Assembly (NCBI RefSeq): GCF_006345805.1 | Contig: NC_042998.1 | Span: 90,582,001 to 90,646,000, forward strand | Direction: 5' to 3' | Length of the DNA stretch: 64,000 nucleotides | Source of the DNA: Octopus sinensis | Lineage: Eukaryota | Shown: in pieces, positions 41,401 to 52,600 of the stretch | Layout of the letters: every line of letters begins with the position of its first letter | How positions within the stretch are numbered: position 1 is the stretch's first letter | Made by a program: the position numbers and the translations under genes | Notes under the pieces: generated by a model | Databases searched by the model: none | Seen by the model: the letters and a program-made list of their open reading frames with translations, nothing else | Told to the model about the DNA's origin: nothing

Positions 41401-44400
41401 AGAGAGAGAAATAATTGGTTGCACAGAAAGGGATAAAATCATTTAATTGCAGAACAGTAGAATAGTTGTGAATGTTTTTACAGCTTTAGTTTGAAAAGTT
41501 TAAATTTTGTATCAAAGTCATTGATCGTTGATTGCTACCCTTTCTTTACATCCAACTCAATTCCCACTTTGCTTATCCTTCAATTTCCTATCTAATTTTC
41601 ATGTAAGTAATGGTAGCGAACAAAACAAAAAGTTATGTGACTTGACATTTCATATTAATTTTTTTTAACATAGGGACCCTTTTATTTTTTTTTGTTTATT
41701 TTAGAGATTATTTCTCAAATGTCAAGTTTCAATACATGCAGTGTTCTCTTATTGTTTCATTGTTATTTCTGTAGGTGGAGAAATTCTACATGTTTCAAAT
41801 GAATCTCAATGAGCTGAGTATGTTAGCCAGTTCTCTCCCACAAGATGCATGTGACCAGTTTCTCCCTGCTGGAACAGAAACCTCATCAAGTGTTCCAAAT
41901 AATTTCACTAATTTAAATATGTCTGACAGTCATGCATCAACAGTGCTGGATCCACCGGTACATACTTTCTTTACTTTGTTTTTGTTGCATTTTTTTCAAA
42001 ATGTTTTTCATGTTTCGTATACTTCAATGTCATTGTTGTCCATTGCCTTTAACTTTGTCTTCAATTAATCTTAAACTAAACTATTTCAGATATACTTTAA
42101 ATGATACAAGCTTTAATTGCTATTGCTATCTTCTGAATACATTCAAGTTCAAGACTTTGTGTCATTAACAAATGTTTCTCATAATTTATTAATAGATCCC
42201 AAATACAAGTTAAAACTAAAACTGATCTGCCTTTGTTTTAAACTGCATTTGTCATTCATTAAATTATTAGAATGATTTCCTAATATGCCTTACAAACTAT
42301 TAAAGTATAAATTTTGTTTTTCTGAAGTTTTCTTTTTTGTTTATTTGTTACAATGTATTTCTAAAAATGTTTTATTGCAATATATCTGCATGAGGCACAA
42401 GCACTAATTTTGAAATGAAACAGTGACTGGCTCAAGTGTTGGAATTATGCCTTATTAATCATAGCTCAAATTCTGTGGCAGACGATATTCCTCCTATGTT
42501 CATTACATGCTTCAGTAAATTAGAGAAGGTATCTGTCATAATTTCATATTTTTCCTTACTCCAGTTGACATAGCTGGTCTAGTTTAGCAAATTTAGACAT
42601 TCGTGTATTGCAAAAATTTTGCAACTGAATGCCCTTAATACTGTTAAGGGCATCCAGATGAGAAGAGAATAGTTTTGTTCCTTGTCTAAATAACACTCTC
42701 GCTATAGTAAGGTTTGAACTCATGACAATGTGATTAGTATAACACTACTCTCATTTAATAACTTGCATTTAGAAAGATATCTAGTTGTTAAATACCCACA
42801 TTTACAAACCATGTGAATGTCAAGTCATGTGAAATTCAGGCCATGTGAATGTTTCTCATGTTTCATATACTTCATTGTCATTATTGCCCATTGCTTTTGT
42901 CTTCAGTTACATGAATTTCAGGTCTTGTGGATATCAGGTTCTTCCTTCTCATACATACACATCTAACAGTTTGGAAATAAATCACTACTAGATGGAATAG
43001 ACTAGTCAAGGCTAATGTTAGAATTAGTCATTTCAGAGACACTTGTTGATAAAAAGAAGTTTACACATATGTGTGCTTATATAAATAAGGGAAATTAATA
43101 TTTGAAATAAAACAGTTTGTTTGTTAGCTATATTATATAAATAAATAGAGCTTAAAAACAAAATAAATAAATTTGATATGAGAGCACTATTATTTGAAGA
43201 AAATATAATCAAATTTATTTTCCTTATTTTCTTCTCATAACCATGAACAACTAAAATATATAGAACATGAAATTTATTTCATGAAACTATACTCTTTATT
43301 TCCTATTTTAGGGTAGTGCAACATCAAATTCAGCTCCTTCAAACACAGATTCTAAAACAAACAATAAAGATCGGTATATTGGCCTTCTGAAGATCTGGAC
43401 ATCAATGCAGAAGACTATATGTGGCCATGATACCAACATCCCAAAAGATAAATGGGAAGATGATATTCGCAATATGAACCTTGGTAATATTCCTTTAAAA
43501 GAGTCGTTTAAGATTGGTCTATATTTCTTTTTTGTTTTTTTATTTATCTTGTTTCAAATTATACTTCCTTTAACCCACCTTTGTCCTTTATTATAAACTA
43601 CCACACTAGTGTGTAGTTAAGAAGTTTACTTCTCAACCACATGCTTTCAAGTTCAGTCCTACTGTGTGACACGTTGAACAAGTGTTTTCTATTATAATCT
43701 TGGACTGTGAGTGGATTTGGTAGACAGAAGCTGAAAAAAGCCTGTTTTGATTGTGTGTGTACATGTGTTCATGTATTTTGTTCTTGTTTTGACATTGGAA
43801 GATTGCCATGAATAAATGTCATTCATTTTCAATATTCTGTAAAAACATACATGGCATGAGAAAATATTGCTTTACTTGGAAACAGCTAAGAGCTGGTGTC
43901 AGAAAGGACATACAGCCAGAGAAAATGTGCCTCAAACTCTATCCGAAACATCCTTTTTTGATGAATTGTAGTGCACTGGAGCACTGTACACAGTGAACTC
44001 ATAGTTCTCTTAGCTTTCAGCTGTTAGAAATTCTAAAATTCATTCATATCTTTATAGGAACTTCTTGCATGACTATCAAGTGTTGGTGTCAATAAATCCA
44101 ATTATTATTATTTTACAGATGACCTTGGAATGTCTATTACTCAACAACATAACATTGGTATTCTTGTCCATGTTCTATACAGCAATCCAAAAGTACTCTA
44201 TGCTCCTGCTAACACATCTGCTGACAATGTCATTAGACAGGTAGCCTTCTATTTTCCGGTTTCATATTCCTTATTGACAGTTTGCTGTCTCTTAAATTAT
44301 TAGAACATTTGAATTACAACAGATTTTATACATGTTTATTTAGTAAATTAGTTATATGGAATAGTGAAATGGTCATGTATAGCATAAAAAATTGAAAAGA

Positions 44401-46188
44401 TATAAAGGAAAACAGAATATAACAATCTTGACAATATTCTGACTGTAAATGTGCTTTTAATTTACCATTTAATATATTCCTGGACAGCACGTGTGCGCAC
44501 ACACCCACCCCGCACTTTATTATTACAGGAATATAACATGATATCTTAAGGTTGTAATACAATTGTATATTTTATGAATTCCAATTAGAATATGGATTAT
44601 TTGCAATTTTCATTGTAAATAAATTATGTAAAAAAAAAAAAAAATTGCATTTGATATATATTTTCATTTTTAATATAAATGTTTGGTGCAAACTGACAAA
44701 CTTGTTACTATACTGGACAAAATGGTTAGCATTTCCTCTGGCTCTTCACTTTATTAGTTCAAATGCTGTCAAAGTTAACTTTGCCTTTCATCCTTTTGGG
44801 GTTGATAAAATATGTTTCTTTATTAGCCACACAGGGCTGAACACAGAGGGGACAAATTACAAAGTAGAGCTTTTCTTTTTGGGGAGGAAAAAAAGGTGGG
44901 GTAGGTTTTCGATCAAAAGGGATCGTAAAATAAAAAAAACGATCAATAGGGATCGTGTATCACAGAAATATGTCATGATGTAAAGTGTAAAGGGGGGAAA
45001 CAGATAAGGTTTATCCGTGGAAAGAAAAGCCTATGGAAAAGACCACAGTAACCTCGGTCAATAATGTCACATGTTAACACATTTATTTGCAAGTAAGTAA
45101 CTCTGTTTTAAATTTTTCCAAGTTCATAGGATTATGCTCAAGGTGGCTTGGTCATTCATATGTGCCATCCTTGCTACATTCACCCATCTTTTTTTGAAAC
45201 ATTTGCTAGACAAAACTTGCCTCTCCACTCTCACTTTCCTTTTCAAGTGATATCATGGGGTTGATAAAATAAGTATTAATTGAGCACTAGCGTTGATACA
45301 TTTGGCTTCCCCTTAACAGTAGAATATAAATTTGGTTAAACAGTTGTATGTAATAAAGGGAATAGAAATTAGTTGCATCACTCAGTTTGTCCTTTTATTT
45401 TTATTATTGGCATAATAGTATTTTTCTTATGTAGGCAATATATAAAATAGACATTCTAATATTGTTATAATTTTTGGGGTTTTTTTTTTCTCAACATAAA
45501 TTTTCACTTCTATATTATTTCAGGCTAACCAAACATTTGCTCTGTTAGATCGCATTAGTGAGTATGCTGAAAAATGGCTGAATATTTCAGAGGAACTCCG
45601 CCTCTATCTGTCACGCAATGAAACAGCTGAGCATTTGGACTCAATCAGAGAGGTATTGTTTATTATAACTTAGCATTTTGTCATTAAAACTCAAAAATAA
45701 AAACAAATATAAAAACAAAATATTTCACTGCATTCAAATAATTACTTGTCTTGCTTCAGTAAATACAGGGTCAACTGTATTCCAGCAGTTGACATTTTTT
45801 TTGTCAACAACTGCATTTAGGATTTTGGTATACAAAAGATATCTTTTTTTTTTAAATGGTAGGAATATTTCCTCTTATTTTTAGCAGGCTTAGTGACTAT
45901 ATTGAGGCGCTTGAAAAGAATTCCTAATAATGGTTAAATATTTGAAATTTCTTTTTTCAATTATTTAAGTTCTTTAAACTATAAATGTAACACTTTTTTT
46001 GTTTATTCAAGAATGAATTTAGTTGATTTGCATATTTGTGTATGGGAAGAAGCTTGCTTCTCAGCCACTTGGTTCTGGGCTCAGCCTCCAATGCCACCAC
46101 ATGCCGCCTTGGGCAAGTGTCTTCTACTATAGCCTCAAGCTGACCAAAGCCTTGTGACTGGGTTTGGTAGATGGAAACAAAGAACTCT

Positions 46189-46221
<33 letters not shown>

Positions 46222-49200
46222 CTCACGGAGGTAAAGTGGTTGAGTTCCTTTCAAGTGTTGGGCCTCATGGAGGCAATGACCAAGACCATTGGCATTATGT
46301 TGTGCTTGGGAAGAAGACACATCAAGTTGAGCAAAATTGCAGTCATGGTAGATACTGGTGTCATGCAAATGGCATGTAAAAACAACCATTACACTCTCAG
46401 CTGTAGAAAACCATGCCAAACCAGACAGGAGTTTGGTGCAGCCTTCCAGCTTACCAACCCTGATCAAACCATCCAAACCATGCCAGCATGGACAACAGAC
46501 GTTAAATGATGATGATGATGATTATAAAGTGTGTGTGTCTTTGTGTTTGTCACCCACTACCGCTTGACAACTGGTGTTGGTGTGTTTATGTCCCTGTAAC
46601 TTAGCAGTTTGGCAAAAGAAACCAATGGAATAAGGCTTTAAAAATAAGTACTGGAATCAATTCATTTGATTAAAATCCTTCAAGGTGGTGCTCAAGCATG
46701 GCTACAGTCTAAAGACTGAAACCAGTAAAAGATATAAAATAGGTGCAGCTGTGTGGTTCAGAAACTTGCTCTACAACCATGTGGTTTCAGAGTCAATCCC
46801 ATTACTTGACACCTTGTTTACTGCAATAGCCTTGCTTTGGCAATTGCCTTGTGAGTGAATTTAGTCAGTAGAAACTGTATAGAAGCCCATTGCATATAAA
46901 TATGTGTGTGGTAGTGTTTCTCTGTATGTCTTTGCGATTGACACCACTTGGGCAGTGGTGGTGTTTGTGTCTCACATAAATAATGCATGACATCAAAGCA
47001 GTTACAGCATGTGAATATATAAGTGGAATAGAGAGAGATGGTGGTTAGGGAGCTTGCTTTGTAGCTACATGGTTTCGGGTTCAGTCCCACTGCGTGGCAC
47101 TTTGGTAGGTGTCTTCCACTATAGCCCCGAGCTGACCGGAGCTTTGTGATTGAATTCGGTAGGTGGAAGTTACTGCCGTGTGTGTATATGTGCGTATAGC
47201 TGCTCAGTGCCTCTCCGAAAGAGAGAGAGGGAGGTTGGCCTCAATAAGGCCATCTCACCATAGAATACTGTCTTACAAAGTCTAGTTCAACCTTTACTGC
47301 ATGAAAAAAAAAGGCATGGAAACTATGATGATGATAATCATCATCATTAAATGTCTGCTTTCCATGCTGTCATGTGTTGGACAGTTTGATAGGAGTTGAC
47401 TAGCTGGAGAGCTGCACCAGATTTCAATTATTTGTTCTACAGCTGGATGCCCTTCCAAATGTCAATCACTGTACAGTGTGTACTGGGTCCTTTTTACATG
47501 GCATCAATACTGGTGCTTTTATGTGGAACTGGCATGAGTGCTCTTTATGCAACACCAGCACAGGCACTCTTTACATGGAGTCTCCAAAATTATTTAAGTT
47601 GATTTAATGAAAGATATTCTTTACAATTACAAAGAAAAAAAAAACTATAAATCTAGATTTATTTTATTAGGCTTGAGGTGTCTCAAAATACACATTTGGT
47701 TGCCTATTAAATTTCACTACATCATTGGTGGTGGTGGTATTGTAGTAGCAGCAGTAGTAGTAGTAGGCATCCGTCAGTCTCAAGAGGCCATGGATCTGCA
47801 CCCAAAAAAAATCATGTCAGCTGCTGATGGGGTGCAGCATCGGTTATAGCTGCACAGGCTCACATGGGAGTGGCAGTCATGCATGCAGTGACAGCATTGG
47901 AAGGAGCTCCCTGCCGACACCATTGGTTTCCTCATCAATCAAATGCAAGTTCTTGTTCTGCTCATTTTATCACCTTTCGCAGTATTTGTCTCCAGTGTCA
48001 GCAATCATTTGCAACCTCCTCTCACCCCAGGACATCCAGATCAAATGACTTCATGTCCCTTTTGCTCTTGTGCATACAGAAGTTCTTTTGGGATCATCTG
48101 ATCTGGCATACAGTGTACATGCATGTACATGCAGCTCCTGTCTGGAGTAGAAGCTCTATATCACTACTGATCACTATAATACAACTGATATTGATCACTT
48201 TATCAAATACTCGGAATATTTGATTCATCATCACATGACATCTGGCTTTCAAGCTGGCATGGTAGAGGATACTTTGACATGGTTTTATGAGTCAGAGGGC
48301 TACATCATGCTCCAGTGTCTACTTTGGTATGGTTTCTATGGCTGGGTACCCTTTTTAATACCAACCACTTTTACAGTGACAATGCTTTTTAGTGTCACCA
48401 GAACTAGTAATGATTCTCATAATTTGTATGGTTACGTCCTAATTGAAGGGGAATAGAAGAGAATGGGTGATGATTGTAAGTGGGTGGGGGTTGAGGGAAT
48501 GATAAAGGGAGAGTATGGTAGAGGAGAGAAGGGATTAGTGTCAAGGGTTATTGAGAAATAAGGCTGGATAGCATTAAAAGCTGTAAGGGGCTGGTGATGA
48601 GTGAGTATGGAAAAAAATGTTTGATAAGGACAGGAAGGGAGCAATAGCCTAAGGGGGAGAGGAATTTTCAGAAAGTCACAGGAGGAAAGATAGATGTTAG
48701 GGTTAGTGGGGATGGATCAGAGGGGAAATGATGAGGAGTGCTGTGGGGAGATTGTAGAGGACGAGGGGCATAAAGGAGATGCTGGAGAGTACCATAGAGA
48801 AATAGGAAGAGAATATTCATTGCATTATTTCATCATTTGTATTTTGAGTTCATAGCTTTAGCATAAGCTAATTACTTTGTAAATTAAGTTGGCAAGTTAT
48901 TTTAGATACTGGATATTTGTGAAATCATAATTGTTTCTCCAGTGCCAAAAAGGACATTGTGTTTAGATGACATCATTGTTCATACTTAAATCCTGGTCAA
49001 TGTTGTAGCGACAAATTTATAGTGAAATAAAATCATGAATTAGATTCTCAATTCAAACTGTTTTATCTTCACTTAGAGATTAAATGCCTTTATGAATATT
49101 AATACCATTACTTATTGAAATGAATAATAGAACTTTACAATGAAACCATTTTTGTCACCAGTTATTCACATTTGAAGTAAATTGGTTTATGAGCTGTGTT

Positions 49201-49600
49201 TTGACCCTAAAGCAAATTGTGTTAACAGATTTACATTTTTTAATGTATTTATAAATACCTAAGCATGTGTCATTGATAACTGATGTCATATGTCTGTAAT
49301 TAACAAAATAATTGTTTCTTGTGTTATTTATAGTTAGTGATACAGTTTTTACATAGATCTGTTGACATTGACTTTCTAAAGTTTGTGAATGACTGCATCT
49401 AAAAGAAGACTGCTTCTTTTTGAATCAACTTGGGTGAATGCAACCTTGACCAGAAATTGGTGTCATCAGATGGTGTCTGATATTCATTTGGTATTTTGTC
49501 CCTGTTATCCCTTTTTTTTGGTTGTTCTGTACATTGATCTGGAATGAAAGAAATGTTTCTCTGAAATATTTTTTAGATTGTGATAGAATGATGAAACGAT

Positions 49601-49639
<39 letters not shown>

Positions 49640-52600
49640 CTTCCTCCCCTCTCTGCTTCCTTCTTTTGCTCTTTTCTCCCAGCCCCTCTTTCTTCCCCAT
49701 TCCCCTCTCTTACCCCCACCCCCACCCTCCTCTCCCCACCCCCTCCTTCCCTGTCTCCTCTCTCCTCACCCCACCCCATCTCTTTCCCCATCCCCTCTCT
49801 CGCTTTCCCTATCCCCCCTCTTTCACTTTCTCCATCCTCTCTCTCTTGCTTTCCCCATCCCCTCTGTTTCTCCATTCCCTCTCTTTCCCTACTCCCTTTC
49901 TCTCCCCACTCCCTCTCCCCACTCCCTCTCTCTCTTTCCCCACTCCAACCTCTCTTGGTGCTTTGTCTATTTTACATCAGCATTCATAGATCTCCATTCG
50001 AAAGTTGGAAGATTATTGAATATTTTAAGGGAGAAAAATCTGCTGGTTCATTTACAGTTCACTCTGCTAGTCTCCTGCTTTCCCTGAGCTTAATCCTTGT
50101 GGTATAGGGTTTATGTAATCCTTGGGTAAGGTACTAGTTTGTACAGTATTAAAACATGTCCACTCATTGATGAGCCTGTCATATGTATAGGGGCCAGCCC
50201 TTCTCTGAGTCTTGTATATCTTAGCTGCAGGACCATCTTCTGCTATTTAATTCATAACTGGGGCCCTTAACAAATACTATCATCCTAGGCCAAAGAGGAC
50301 CTCAGAGTAGTGATGATTAAGGAATAACCCCATTCTTCCTCAAGCTCCTGAACTCTTGAACTGCAGGCTCACTATTGGATGCAGTTTAATGTCTTCACCA
50401 ATATACAATAAAACTTATTTCTTATTGAATTACCAAAGTTTGATCTCCTGTCACTTATCTAATTTCCAATCCACACTGGAATATTGTCTTACTCTTTTAC
50501 ATATTTCAGCCCTAAGGCTGTGGCCATGCTGGGGCAAGGCTTTTGTAGAGTATAACTTTGATAGGTTTTGGCCAGTATAGGCCCAGGCCATGTCTAACTT
50601 AATAGCACCACCTGGGGATGTCTTTTAGTCATATACGGGGCACTATGGCTCAGAGAAATTCCTTTAGAAGGGTTTATTATTTTCCAGATAACCAAATTAT
50701 TTCATGTAGCATATTAATTTGTAACTCGTTAGAAAATCTTTAGAAGAGATGAAAGTAGTAGAAATAATGTTTATCACCACATCAGTATGGCTGTTCCATA
50801 GGAATCGACGTTACTACCATTTTTAGCTGCTTGGTTCTCTATATATTGCGAGCTGGAGTGAATTATTGCTGTCTCTAGTGGATGAATGTTCACCCCTGAC
50901 AATGGGTACAAACAACCTGCAACCATGTGGTCTAGTGATCCAGTCGTTGCTAGAAGATGCTGGGGGTTTGCTACCTTGCTTGCAGTATACATTAGGTGCA
51001 GATTGCATTGATAACCAGCTGGAGGAGGCTCTTCCTGGAGTTCAAAATGGTAGTAACATTACTTTTCAAATTAATTTAAAATTATTAAAATTTAGTCATT
51101 TTATTTTTACTAATAACTATCTGTATTTATATATTTTTATACGATATCTAATCTGGTTTTTTTCTTTTTGACTTCTCTGCATTGCCGAGTAGTAGTAGTA
51201 GTAGTAGTAATAATAATCTATAGCTTTAGCACAAGACCAAAAATTTGTAAGGGACATATATAATCAATTTAAATTGATTCCAGTATATTATTGCTACTTA
51301 TTTTAATTATTGCTGAGGAATAATCTAACAGGATTTGAAAGCAAGATAATTAAATATTACAACAGTCTTTTTTGACTATTTATTCTATTTACTTTAATAA
51401 TGATAATGGTGATAGTAAGGAAGAAGTTATTATATATTTTCAATGAATTACAAGATTATGTTCATTTCATTTCAGATTCAACAAGATTTAAAGAGACGTA
51501 AGACATTGGCAATGTTATTACGTACAGACTCAAGAATTGACAAATTCTTAAATATCTCTATTCCTACTCCAGAATTTTTTCTGCTTCAACTGAGCAATAT
51601 AGACAATGCAGCTTGCAGTTGGCGTGCCATGCTGTCTGGTATTAGCCTTAATGTATTTCAGGGATTTTCTGACGAACAGAAACTAGTTGACTATGTATTT
51701 AATGAGGCTTACCATGACAATGTCAGTGTTTTTGCCAGTAAGTTTGCTTGATTTATCTGCAGTTTTTATTTTCTAACTTTGTGCAACACCTAAAATTCTT
51801 TCTAATTTTCACACAAGGCCAGTAATTTTTATGAGAGGGTCTATTACATAGACATCACTGCTCAACTGCTACTTATTTCATCAACCCCTAAAGGATGAAA
51901 GGCAGTGTTGACTTCAGATCTGCCAGCTTGCTGCCTTCCCAAGACCTAAAAATATATGTGAAAAAACATATTTTTAATAAAAATTTGTGAGAAAGAATTA
52001 TTTTGATAAAAATTTGTGAAAAGATATTTTTAAAAAAAAATATTTGAGAAAAGTATTTTTAATGGATTTGCATTTAAATTACTGACATCTACATAAGTAT
52101 TAGGGTAAATTTATAAGAGCTTTTCTTAGACAATATACAAGCACCAAATGTCTCTTTAATAATTTTTATTAACTTGTCGAGTGTAAAAGTGGAAAAATAA
52201 TTTTAAAAAAAAATATACTTCTCTTTTAAGGTGTGTTATTTGAAAACATTCATCCTGATGGAAGCCTCCCTCCTCACATAAGATATAAAATCCGACAAAA
52301 TGCTTCGTTTACTCCCACAACCAAATTAGTCCGAAGTCGATATTGGTATCCAGGACCTGGCCCTACAAAGCAATCTTATTACCAATTTGGATTTGTGTGG
52401 ATTCAGGTAAGTTTGTTAATTTTTATGATTGAGTGAAATTATCTAGGTGCACCCCACCACCCACCCACATGCAACATAATGGTGGAAAAAATGGAAATAA
52501 AATTAATCACAATTACTTTCCTGTGAGGAGAGGGAAATGGCTAATGCTAATAAAATCAGCCCATGGAAGAGGGGAAACAACTTAGGAATTTTACTAATTC

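Noticed and set aside
49425-49989. Pro/Leu/Ser-rich and Glu/Gly/Arg-rich ORFs
   Set aside because: Translations of the CT/GA low-complexity tract.
50866-51171. 101-aa plus-strand ORF as an extra ABCA2 exon
   Set aside because: The flanking exons (45524-45652 and 51476-51737) already join in phase and in homology order; minus-strand motifs fit an R4/Dong relic better.
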